Of a stretch of 64,000 nt of DNA, positions 1 through 11,394 are shown one piece after another (position 1 is the stretch's first letter; each line of letters opens with the position of its first letter). The translations under genes and the position numbers were made by a program. The DNA is taken from positions 72,664,001-72,728,000 of the forward strand of contig OZ296657.1 in assembly GCA_965655095.1 (NCBI GenBank). Reading direction: 5' to 3'. This DNA is from Haplodiscus bocki. Lineage: Eukaryota. Below the pieces are notes generated by a model. That model worked only from the letters and a program-made list of their open reading frames with translations, ran no database searches and was not told where the DNA came from.

Positions 1-479
1 CTAGACAGTAAGCTCTGAGAACTTGAAAACCTGGGCCTTAGCAAAAACTCCAATCACATCGAAAAACTGCAAACTATTCAAAGAATCGAAAACTTCCCTG
101 TCGATGGTCCACTGGTCAATATTTGCTGCTTTCAATAGTTTTCAATTGTTACATGATTTGTGAATCATTTTTTGACGCGATGAGTAGTTACTATTTTAAA
201 AAGAGTAACATAGAATTCGAATTAAATTGACGAACTTGAGACAATTTGAATCATGTACTTGAAATCTAAGAGTAAAATGTCACATAGCTCTAGCTTGGGG
301 CAGCGCGAAAGTAAATGCGGAAAAAGAAAAGTAAATAAATACGATTTATCCAGGTTACTTCGGCGCTCAGCTTCGCTCAGTTGCTCAATCATGCCAGCAT
401 TTGCGAAGTAAGAAAAAAGTAAAACCTATAGGTATTGGGACAAGCTTGATGTCTCAAAACACTATTTAGAAATAGATGA

Positions 480-616
480 GTTGTCTCCCTGGGACAATGG
501 GGTGTATTCCAACCGAAACATTTTCACTTCAAGTATCGAACCTGCCTGGGCGCAAACCCGGGACGCGACGCACGCGCCCGAGCATGGAACTTATCGACCA
601 CTGAGCAGTCAGCTCT
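480..616 (-). mobile_element. tRNA-derived SINE-like copy
   Basis: Minus strand has A-box-like TGCTCAGTGG, B-box-like GGTTCGATAC and tail GAATACACCCCATTGTCCC shared with 5478-5630. Confidence 0.5.
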
Positions 617-1179
617 GATCCTGAAAGTCCTTTATGCGGAGTTCGGATGGTACATTTTGAAGTCTTCCCAAACGCTCCGAAAGGACATTCAAAGCACTTC
701 TATGTAAAAGGTCTCACTTCGACCGACACTATTTTTACAATTTTCCCCAGTGAAAGTCGAAAAAATATGAGTTTCAAAAAAAGTCGACATTCACAATCGT
801 TGTCAACGAAAAAGATTTTCGCCAAAACTTCTGAATGTACTGTGTTCTTGGCTCTTAACCTAAATTGAGAAGTAAAACACATGCTCAATTTTCTTAGAGT
901 GGCATTGTAAATAAGAACAGTTGAGGAAAGAGGAAAATGAAATTAAAGATAAAATATACACGGTGCAAAACAGTTCTATTTAACATTTTCTGATTTGTTT
1001 TGACTAGGAACATTTTTTCCGCATTGCATTCACTGCTTCATCGATCGCGTTGTCATTTTGGGGTTCAAACTCTGATGAGTTGTCAGAATCTTCTGAGTCG
1101 ATGTCATGCTCTTAAGCTTCATCGAAGTCAAAGCAGTTGTTGTCCAGTTCAACAACCAAAAAATCACGCAGACGAAAAA

Positions 1180-4100
1180 CTAGATCAAGAGGAGACCAAT
1201 GCATATATTCAAGGATTCAGCTTTCCATAACTGAAGCATCTGACGCTGAATGGTGTTTCTTCCCGACTTGTGGTGCCGGTTGCAAATCATTCTCTCCCAA
1301 ATAACTGAGCAATCAATTCGAGGAAAACCGATATCACGACACTCGTGATGACCAAAAGATAAGCCACTGATTCCATCATGCACGGTGAATCTCATTATCA
1401 AAGAAACTCAGTGAAAACTTTTTTTTACTTTATGGAGCTGATGGTCGTACGAACCGATTACGGTATTGATAGTTGGGAATGGTTATCCTTTATAAACTTC
1501 CTTGTAAAAATTTAAGGGAGCTGTCAATAGGCAAAAATCGCTACACTTGGCACACAGTTTTTGTTTCACATCGCTAGCAATGCAGTATAATTTTGGCTCA
1601 AATTCAACAAACTCTTGATAGGGATGTCATCTGAACTGGTCCAAAAATAGCACAGAAGGATCATTTTTTCACGCAGTAGCGGTCACTCTGGTCGATGTTT
1701 GTTAACAAATCGAAATTCTTCTCCAGTGAGAGATTTTGTTCAAGTTCTTTGCCTCGGATTTCGAACAGCAAGGAATTGGTATTTGAGTCAAGCACTCGAC
1801 AGTTAAAGGTCATCTTCCTCACATCGTAATGAAATCGGCACTCATGAAAAATTGCCAAACCCAAAATTGAGGCTTCAGAAATGGCGTGCTTGTTCCATGA
1901 AAGTGATCTATTCTTACTGTATACGGCAACTAAGTTTTCTACGAAGATTTGGAAGAGGTAAATAAATGTTTAAGAGCTTCTTAGTTCATCAATCCTTTTT
2001 CTAGCAAATTTCATATTCACGCGATTCCATGCGTTCTACGAAGGCTTTTTGTAGCTTGAACTCGTCATCATCTTGCGATTTGTTTTCATCAAATTAAATT
2101 CTCCATTGTCGTTTTTACTGCATACTGAGTTGCACATAGAATTTCAACCATTTATCATGCGCCAATCTCAAAATTCGATGATTTTCCGATACTTGTATCC
2201 CCAACGAAGATGAGACCAATGTAAAGGAGAGTACAGGATATTTCTCTCATCTCTCAGACAAGTTTACGTTGCGAGTTGCCCAGCTGATCGTAATTCAGCA
2301 CTTGACTGGTGCAAAAGGAAAATCCCTGTGGTTATCGTGAAAGGTGTCAGGAAAGCGAAGGTGAACTTCAGCAATAAATCCAATCGGAGAATCGCTTGAA
2401 GATTCACATCATGGTTAAAGAAACCAATTTTATCTCAAGTTTTGGGATCATTATGGCAGCTGCATCAAAAAATAAAGGACTTCTTTCATAGGCGGATTCC
2501 GACCAGCAGGCGCAAGAGCAATCGCGACAAATTTCATGCGAACTCAAGGTCTTCTGAACAGATTTCATCGAACTTGCCATATTTGTAATGAGCACATAGT
2601 GGGAAACATGACCATTAACAACCAACAAATCCAGATCAGAGTAGTCTTTTTGTCTTATCGAAAATCTCAGTGTTAACAATAGTTTCTTACAGTATGAGGA
2701 AAACCTCACAATTTGGATTATTTTTGAATAGGTAGTCGGACTCGTCTTTCTCCTCCAAGAATTATCATTGTAGTGGAAAAACAAGGGATGATTCCCCAAA
2801 TGTCACGCAGCAGTCAAGCAGAACAGAAAACAATTACTATCTCAATGCTTTCAGATGTGTACGAAACATTTAAGCAATTCTAGTCCTGGCAGTGCTAGGT
2901 GAGACCCTTCACTAATGTGTTTGAAAGCAGGAGGCTCAATAATCCAAGTCATCACGTCTTGGCATAATCTAATCACTTCCACATGTTGAATAGCGTACAC
3001 AACACCCTATGCATAAGTTGGAGACAAGTTTCTTCTGATGAATATTCTTCGTGAAAAAAATTCGTAATTTGCATTGGGGAGAAAGATTGCTGATGTTTCA
3101 TTATTTATTGAAAAATTCACAAGCTCAACTAGTGAAAATATGAAAATCTCTCGCCATATTGACAGCATTTTCATTCATCACGTCGTCTGCAATTAGTTTG
3201 CAGTCTAATAAAAATTTCAGAAGATCAGTTTCAATTGACTCATCGAGTTTGTCAATTATGAGAGATCTATTAGAAAAATAACGCGCGGGTGGTTGTCTAT
3301 TTTCTCACTAAGAACGCAGAGAGTCGTGCGCATTTATCAGATGCTGAGGAAAGACCCAACTTATGTTTGGAGTGCGAATTTGTTCAGTTGGGTAGAAAGG
3401 TCGAGTTTTTCGAAGATGAGATAGTCTCGGTAGTGCAAAATTTTGCAGCAAGTTGTATCAGAAAGTTGTTGCTTAAATTGACATTGGCCGCTTACAAATT
3501 GTTAGAACATCTTTCTCATCAATTTCAAAGTCTGCAAACTGTCATTTTTTTCAAAATTGGTTGATGAGATTGAAGCATTGGCAATGCACGCAAAACAATC
3601 TACGTTTCCCGCCATTGCTACTTTAAATTTGTGATTGTTATCGCAACTAATTTTTCCGCATTTGTGTCTGCACAGAACTCGTGTCGGAGAAGAGTTACAT
3701 AAGGTGCTTCTTGAGTTAATGTTGGATCATCTACAAGTTTGATTGCTCTTGGTTTTCCTTCTACATAATTTTCTTTAGGTATCATAACATATTCTGAGGC
3801 ACTCATTTTGATAAACAATTGCTGAGACTACTAAATTCTTGAAGTTAATGCTTTTGATTGACAAAACCTGGTTTCGCTGTTTCTCTAATAACGGATGCAC
3901 ACAGTCCGTTCTTTCGCGAGAGGTATCAAATCGTCAATCTGGAAAAACAAATTACCTTTTCAATAGCTGAAAGCACATTCCTTCAGGAACTTTTTTTTCA
4001 CGGTTGCCGCAATCGTGCAAAAGGCAATGATACGTGTTCAATTTGTTTTCTTTACAAAGCTTTAGATTAGACAATTTTCCCGTTCATTCGTCAAAAGTGT

Positions 4101-4760
4101 CTTTTCGAACAGAGATGAAGGAAGATAGAAAGTAGTTAATACCAACAAAATTTAAACAGTAGCGTGAAAAATCTGTTATCGGACCAAAGTCGATAAAATA
4201 TGATGAAATCGTTGCGACGTAGCAACCTCTAATAATTTCTTCTAATTATCAGGCGTCCACATTGATCTTTTGATCATCGCGTGGTGATTTGAATAAAATA
4301 GGCCTCTTCGTGAATTGACAATTGATGCATTAAGTGACACCTTTATCCACCAAAAGCAAGAACTACTTGATGAGGTCTCTTCTAGATATATTTAATATTT
4401 GATTGAGCGCTCGATGAACGAAATCGGATCGTGAGTCACTGAGAAAATCATTTTAGAAAATATAGTTAATTGTCACTGACTAATGCATTTTCTGTTAAAT
4501 TCGATCCCTTCCACAAAATTGAGATTCAAAGCCCTAAAACTGTTATAGTAGGAACTTTCCAGAAACATTTAGCTTCTCATTTTGCGCTCATCAAAAAATG
4601 ATGATGCTCTTTGTAAAAGTAGAACGCTTTTACCAATCAGTGGGTGAAAAGTAGTGGGAAAAGCAGGCATTCCATTATTGACAGGCGCTTCTCTAGAACC
4701 ACCAGGACCCATTAACAACACGAATATAATCGGTCATTTCTAGAAATCAATTTGTTCAAA
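1180..4760 (-). mobile_element. Decayed Polinton/Maverick (adintovirus-like) remnant in the last GNAS intron
   Basis: Broken pPolB pieces: GSHLALP...NCFLFCLTAA (~2810-2915), DLLVVNGHVSHYVLITN..CRDC (2404-2799), DSPIGFIAEVHLRFPDTFHDNHRDFPFAP (~2305-2395), FHYDV..CRVLDSNTNSLLFEI (degenerate YxDTDS, 1661-1864), DGISGLSFGH. Packaging-ATPase-like pieces: LLMGPGGSRE..PTTFHP (~4640-4730) and ILFKSPRD..IDFGPITDFSRYC (~4150-4300). Confidence 0.75.
1330..3500 (-). pseudogene. Protein-primed DNA polymerase B pseudogene
   Basis: pPolB motifs in the expected order but interrupted by stops and frameshifts, with the middle of the gene apparently deleted near 2400. Confidence 0.7.
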
Positions 4761-5477
4761 AATTCGGATTCAGAATCATGGACACAATTGGCGCGAATAA
4801 AAGTAAGATCTGCTCTTTGCTCCCCACATGGCAGTGGCTCGAGGGTCATTTTCAGTAGACAAGCAATCACAATCATGACTACTAATGCAGCGTCTTTGAG
4901 TAACAGAAATTCTGATCGTGGTAAAGTACTGAATTACAAATCCACGATTGTTTATGCGTCTTCGAAATTGATTCCCTCGTTCAAAGAATAACCTTTATAT
5001 TTATCAGAACATCTGTCTGTATACACTGGAAGTCGTTGGAAGAATTATACTTTATGTAAAAGTTGTGGTCCCACAAAAAAAACGAAAACAGTAATGGGGC
5101 AAAAGTTAAAATTATGCAATGAAATCCAGAACTAGTAGCAACTCTCTGCATTGCGATTTCACAATGATTTTTTTTGCGTTCAAAAGGTCCATGCTTATAT
5201 TCCAACGGAACTTCAGCAACTTCTAATCTAACAATCTTAACAATATGTTATTTCAACATATTTTAAACATTTGTTAACGTAACGTGAGACGTAATTTGAG
5301 AGTTTTTGAACTTTCAAGTTTTCTCAAAATTTTCTACCAGGGAAGACTTTTCAGATGAATTAGGACTTTTAACCTCGATAGAAATGTTTCATGACACTTC
5401 TGAAAGTTTGAGATCATTTTCGGAAAATATTTTCAGTTGAAAATTGTACCATCCTTACTCCATAAACAACTTTCAGA

Positions 5478-5630
5478 GTCAGACCTTGCTACACGGTGGT
5501 CGAGGATACCCAGCTCGGCCGCCGTGCCTCAGTCCCCGCTTTCAGGCTCCCACAGGGTCAATTTTCATATCTTCGTATGAAATAATTTTGGGGAAGAATA
5601 CACCCCGTTGTCCCTCCGTGAAAACTACTG
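5478..5630 (+). mobile_element. SINE-like copy, same family as 480-616, opposite orientation
   Basis: Shares GTGGTCGA..GCTCGG..GTGC..GTCCC head and GAATACACCCCGTTGTCCC tail. Confidence 0.45.
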
Positions 5631-5995
5631 AGATAAACTTTTGTTCAGATAATTACTCATGTTCATTTTCAGTTGTTTTAGGAGCATTAGACAAGAACAA
5701 GTGTCCCCGAAACCTTCCTCGGCACTTACTTCAAATTTTGTGTCAAGCTAGCGCAGTTCCACTGCCATATTTTTGCACAAAAGCAAAGGCTCTTCGCTTG
5801 TACGCATTCAATGTTTTCGGTGGATCCTCCAATGCAAAAATTTGGCTGATAATACGACTAAACTAATTGGGTGAAAATGTAAAGAGAAATACATCGCTTT
5901 GATGATATACATTTGACTTCATAAAAATTTACGATTTGGATAAAGACTTTGATTTGAAACGACAAAAAATGAATGCAATTCTTCAGTCTACGTAC

Positions 5996-6060
5996 CAAAA
6001 ATTGATCGCGAATGAAGCATTTGGCTTTTGTTAGTTCTGGGGGTTCGTTCGTCTTGTTTG
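5996..6060 (-). CDS. GNAS: G alpha-s coding exon 8 (final exon not found in window)
   Basis: tttcag|(A)[21 protein letters not shown]|gtacgt; 65 nt. No TCAVDT-type terminal exon was found by eye in 1-5995. Confidence 0.92.
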
Positions 6061-6135
6061 CTGAAATAGAAAATTGTCGGTATATGCTGAAAAAGTCGGA
6101 TGTTGAAAACTGAAGCCGTGAATAACGCCTCTCAC

Positions 6136-6278
6136 CTTTCTCTTTTGTGTCTTCGGGTAATCTGTAATCATAATATTCTTTGAAAAATTGGCCTATGTCC
6201 CACTTTTCCTGAACAACTTTCCTCTCCAAAAGATCTTGCTTGTTGAGAAACAATATCACAGATATTGTCTTTAACCAC
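6136..6278 (-). CDS. GNAS: G alpha-s coding exon 7
   Basis: ttttag|(R)[47 protein letters not shown]|gtgaga; G4 box NKQD; 143 nt. Confidence 0.94.
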
Positions 6279-6848
6279 CTAAAAAGAAACTTCTGTTAGC
6301 AAAATATAGAAGACTCCGAGATTGCAGCGTCCCTTTTAAAAAATGTTTCAAACGTTAGGAACTTTAAAACTTCGAAATCTTACAGGAAACTTTTTAATGA
6401 TTGAAATCGAAATCAGTAATGACGAATTCTAACTCCGTATGGAAAAAATTGAAAAGTTCGGGAGCGTTCGTTTTGAAAGACATGCATAAATTGCATAAGA
6501 TCGTTTTTACCAAATTCAATTGTGGTTAAATTATTCGCTGTAATTATTTAAATATGCACACTTGAACATGATCTCTCCAAAATGATCCACTTCATATTCA
6601 GTGACATTGAAAATTGAACTCTTAGCTCAAAAACAGGGCCAGACTCATGGCATAAGTTGGTACTCATATATCGACGTGAGTCGTTTAAAATAATTAATTG
6701 TTGACATCGTTTGAATAATTACGAAAAGCGACACTTGGATAGTCCTACATACATTCGTCCAGTCTGCATTAGCATTGCATAAAATTAAGCTTCATAGTTT
6801 TATCTTGTATTCGGATAAGGGAAGGGAGAGGTTCGAGATGTGATTAAC

Positions 6849-7102
6849 CTGTTATTCCAGATGCTCTTAAATAAGTCTAAGGATTCAGCTAATCGATTCT
6901 GCGTCGCGTCTTCTCGCAACTTGAGGTTGAAACTGCTGCTAGCTGTGACAAAAATGATAGCGGTGACGTCATTGAAACATTGAATCCACTTGCGCCTTTC
7001 ATCTCTCTGACCTCCCACGTCAAACATGTGGAAATTGACTTTGTCCACTGAAAATTGCGTCTCATAGATGCCTGATGTCAATACACGACACCTCAACAGA
7101 TC
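6849..7102 (-). CDS. GNAS: G alpha-s coding exon 6 (switch I-III)
   Basis: ttttag|[52 protein letters not shown]...LFKSIWNN(R)|gttaat; 254 nt; catalytic Arg (RCRVLT) and Gln (DVGGQ) intact. Confidence 0.97.
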
Positions 7103-7321
7103 CTAAAACCAAAACATCATTTTTTCAATATCCGATGGTTCAATGAAAGAAGCCAGGTTCAGATATAGTTTTAGGCACACAATGTTCATTTTTAGCGAAC
7201 GTAATCCTTGCAGCGAACTTTTGAAGATATTGTTCTCCGGCTTTCTTTTGCAGACAATACTCAACTTTTAATTTATTAGACAGACTTTAATTCGTTAAAG
7301 TTACAGAGCAGGTGTACTTAC

Positions 7322-7376
7322 CTGATCACTTGGTTCATAATCTGCATGTTTAACTTCGTCCACTTTGTTGAGGAAG
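7322..7376 (-). CDS. GNAS: G alpha-s coding exon 5
   Basis: ttttag|(Y)FLNKVDEVKHADYEPSDQ|gtaagt; 55 nt. Confidence 0.94.
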
Positions 7377-7626
7377 CTAAAAAGAAAAATGATAACTCAG
7401 ATATTTGCAAGTTAGGGAAATCTTGCCTCGAACAATCATGTTTCTATCACCGTAATCACTAGTGAAACATCTCCTAAAATCGACAATTATAAACTGGAGC
7501 TATTTTTTTTACCTTCCAAGATAATTTATTGATTCATTTTGATGAAATGTTGGATTTTACTCCTGAACGAACTATCTGAAGCCCGTATAAATTTGATGCC
7601 GCGAGATAATTCTATGTAATACTCAC

Positions 7627-7724
7627 TATTCAGCACAATCGATGAGTTGATACTCATGAGATCTTTTGAAGCAGGCCATCACGCCCGTATCTTGCCATAG
7701 TATTTTTGTCGCGTTCCAGAATTC
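7627..7724 (-). CDS. GNAS: G alpha-s coding exon 4
   Basis: tttcag|[32 protein letters not shown](Y)|gtgagt; 98 nt. Confidence 0.95.
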
Positions 7725-8049
7725 CTGAAAAAACTGGCTTTCTATCTTCTCTTGGAAAATACTTTCTTCCTCCACATTGTCATTTTGCACTTTTCGTGAT
7801 AGAATTTTTTTTCAAAACGCACTGAGTTTCAGTTAGTTACCTGAAAATTGTCAAGAGCTTCAAAAAAGTTGACTTAATCGACGTAGTTGATCTAGTAGAC
7901 CAAAAATAGCTTTCTTTCCAGCTTTGCATTTTTCATTGCTAAGGTCAATCCATTTTCAAGGTAAATAGCCCAGTTCGGGGGTTATCAAAGCTTTGAAATG
8001 CAATCAAAAAATTGTAACTCGTTTGAAGGATTTGTCATCTTTTGCAACA

Positions 8050-9680
8050 GTTAGGCGATTCCGCGGCCTAGGTGTCAAAATAGGCCATTTGAAGTATCGG
8101 CAAGATAGACAAAACCAGCACAATTTTATTTCGCGAAAAACATCGCAATTAAATTCAGACCGCAACAAAATTGATCCAATCATGTATTAGAATCTTCATG
8201 TTAGTGATATGCGAAAACATAATATGGATGAGTTGGAGATCTGGAATCCAAATAATGTGACCTGAAGAATGAAATTTTTGACACAACGGCCAAAATCAGA
8301 ACATTTAAGATTCTTTCACTAAAAAGCCACCGCAATATTTTCGGACAACAACCAAGAACTCAGAAGTCGTGAATCGAAATTTCACTCCTAATTCTATGGA
8401 AAAAACATGTGAAGTTGCCGGGCCCACATGCCAACACAGAGGACTTCAAGGAGCGCCAGATCGAAAATCAGCTCTATTTTCCCGTTCTTTCACGAAAAAT
8501 CAGCCTCGGCATTTTTCGAACTAGAGCCAAGAAGGGATAAATCATACATCAGGTTCTTTTTGTAGCTATTAAGCATAATTTACGCCATTTGGAGGCCTCG
8601 CTGCTAACAAGTAGGACTTCAAATATTGAATTTCCGACAAAATAGCCACAATTAGCTCGACATTCAAGTTTATTGCCAAAAACCTATCGCAAAATTTTTC
8701 GGGACCAAAGACTTTTCCTGTCGTTAATCGCAGCCCATTTTATTTTGAATCCAAATTTAGGCAAATTGGAGGCCATGCTCTCTAGGTGACGAGCTTGACA
8801 CATCGACAAGACAGCCAAATATTACATGCAGTTTCTGTCGCAAAAACCAAGCACAATTCATTTCCGAACAAAACGAAATTATTCCAATCACGCATTGAAG
8901 TCTTCTTCGTAAATAAATGCAAAACCTGCATGAGATTGAGCACTCAATTCCAGGTTAAAAGATTTGAAGTATGGAATTTTGGAAAAAGTAGACAAAATCA
9001 TCACTTTCAAGATTTCCAAAAACACTATTGCAACGTTTTTGACACTATTTGAAGTATGGAATTTTGGAAAAAGTAGACAAAATCATCACTTTCAAGATTT
9101 CCAAAAACACTATTGCAATGTTTTTCAACTCCAAACCAAACGTTTCAAATCATGCAACGCGGCACCTGCTATAGTTTCATGCAAAAGTGAGTCAAATCGG
9201 AGAGCTAGCAGTCTACATATAGGACTTGCAGAATCGACAAAAAACCAACATCTGCACAATTTTTTTTTCGCAAAAATTTATCATCATTTTGCATCAAAAC
9301 AATATTCATCCAGTCATGTTTTAAATCTTGTTACTGGTAAGCGAAAACATAAACTGGATGAGTTGGAGATTTGGAATCCAATTTATGGGGCCTGAAGTAT
9401 GACTTTTTTGACAATATGGTCTAAAACAATTTTCAACAAAGGCCTGCGCAATGTTTTCGAACAACCAAAAACTGATTGCTCGTGAAACGGAGCTTCAATG
9501 TCACTTTCAAGCAAAACGGATAAGAGTTGGAGCCCCGCATGTTAAGACAGACGTCTTTCAGTAGCGACCCAAAGCCAAAATCAGCTACATTGTCATGTTT
9601 CTTTTATAAAAACCGTTCACAAAAATATCCAAAACCCACCCAATTTTTAAATTTCGCAAAAAATTATCAAAATCAATTTT
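8050..9680. repeat. Diverged ~170-bp tandem array in GNAS intron
   Basis: A motif like aaaa..c..gcaat..tttcg..c.a.aacca recurs about every 170-200 bp; 8190-8290 is clearly repeated at 9324-9420. Confidence 0.5.
8962..9126. repeat. Near-perfect 85-bp tandem duplication
   Basis: atttgaagtatggaattttggaaaaagtagacaaaatc... starts at both 8962 and 9047. Confidence 0.92.
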
Positions 9681-10049
9681 GAAAAAAATCAGTCAGTGGT
9701 GGATTAGAGTCTTTTCACTACGTTTCTGCAGATAGCAAAAAATTTCGACAAATATGAGAAGAAATGAAGCTGTTCAAAATCATTTAAGAAAATGTAAGCT
9801 GAAATTACAAACATAGCCGCTCATCGGAAAATTTTGCTTTTTCATTATAGCGCTTTCACCGCGTCTGTGAAGGTCCCTCCTGTACTCCCACTCAGCTTTG
9901 ATGCGTTGTGAATCTTTTACATACTTGAAAAGTAGCACGAAATTCATCATTTCTGACGAGGTCGCAAAATGTACGGAAAAGCGTTAAAAAAACGAGTAAC
10001 ACTACAAGGACTTCGTGAAATTGAAACTTTCAGAAGTCTTAAAAAAGCC

Positions 10050-11150
10050 TATGAATTTTCGTATGTTGGTCTCTATGGGATAATTGACCACACTTGGAGA
10101 CGTAGGAAAAAGTTGGCACGTTACACAGCTAAGTAACATAAGCTAAGCAAGGCAGTGTCGGAAACATGAGCTCAAGTAACAGCGGATTCCACGTCAATCC
10201 ACAGATGTGTCTGGAAAAAACGGACTTCACCTTGTTCTAATATTATCTTCAACGTCGGGTTCGATATTTTTAATAACTGCTCCGTGATTTTTACCAGTAA
10301 ACAAGTTTTACTTCTATGTTTCAGGATGAGTGCATATTCTTCAGTAAGCGATCAAAAAACAATTGAGATGATATCAATCCTTCTGATCTCTATTGGTTTT
10401 TAAAATTTTGGTTTGAAATGGACAAAAAATTCAACCAAAAAAATATTTCCAAATTCATACCTTCAGGATTTCAAGTAATTGGCTGCTTTTTTCAAATGAA
10501 TTCTTGATGCTTCAATTAATCAGAGTTAGAAGGAAACAATTATTCAGACGTTCGAATGCAAAAAGGATGCTACCAAGGCGTCCAAAATATACCCGTCTAT
10601 CAAATTTTTCAATAATACCAGTATGCTACCGGATCATCAGACGTGGCATGACATCGCTCACAGGTAATTTCAAAAACTATATCTTCAACCAAAAAGAATG
10701 GAGGTTTTCAAGTTTTCATGTTTCATTAACATGTTGTCGTTTTTCATGCAGCTTCAAAGTGTCATTTAGAAATAGAAACATTGAATGATTGCTCGAATGT
10801 TCATAAGGTGCATTCGGAAATTCTAATACGAAAAATATTACATCCTTCAACAAGGGTGTATTGCATGCAAAGCTATAATGATCACTTTTCAGATACCGCA
10901 CGATCATCCTGGAAGATGGATCTTCTACGTCGGAACTAAGTTTGACAAGTTTATTCCTCAAATTCTTTAGCACAGATAAATCAAATTCCCTATTGATGCT
11001 ACATATCTTTAGCCGTAGAGATATTTCCAAAATAAAAAGGTTACACCGAACTTCTTCAGATTATGCGGAATTTCTGACTGTGCACTTTGATGAAATCCTT
11101 ACGGAAATGTGAACGCTTTTGCTGGTTTTGCTTTTTTTGCTCTATTAGTG
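10050..11150 (-). mobile_element. Possible decayed hAT transposase 3' fragment
   Basis: Broken translation with FWLKI and TCLLVKITEQLLKISNPTLKIILEQGEVRFFQTH, loosely like a hAT C-terminal dimerisation region. Confidence 0.3.
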
Positions 11151-11222
11151 AAATATTTTAAAATTAATATTTGATGAGTTTCATTACTACAGATGGCAAA
11201 TAATGTCAGAAAGTGTACCTAC

Positions 11223-11394
11223 CTCTGGATATGAAAAGTTTGGTTTGGTGCACTCGTCTAGGATGTAATCGGCATATTCTTGATTTTGTGGTTCACAATC
11301 TAACGGAGGCTCTATTTGAGACATGGCGTCCGTTATTGTCAAAATTGCATCACGGATATTGCGCCAGATGTCTTGCACTTTTTCTTTCCTTTCA
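11223..11394 (-). CDS. GNAS: G alpha-s coding exon 3 (helical domain)
   Basis: tttcag|(S)ERKEKVQDIWRNIRDAILTITDAMSQIEPPLDCEPQNQEYADYILDECTKPNFSYPE|gtaggt; 172 nt; phases match both neighbours. Confidence 0.93.

Noticed and set aside
1180-1401. ORF with ECRDI and TIQRQML as the last GNAS exon
   Set aside because: It lacks HFTCAVDTENI, and its start (DGISGLSFGH) fits the pPolB C-terminus.
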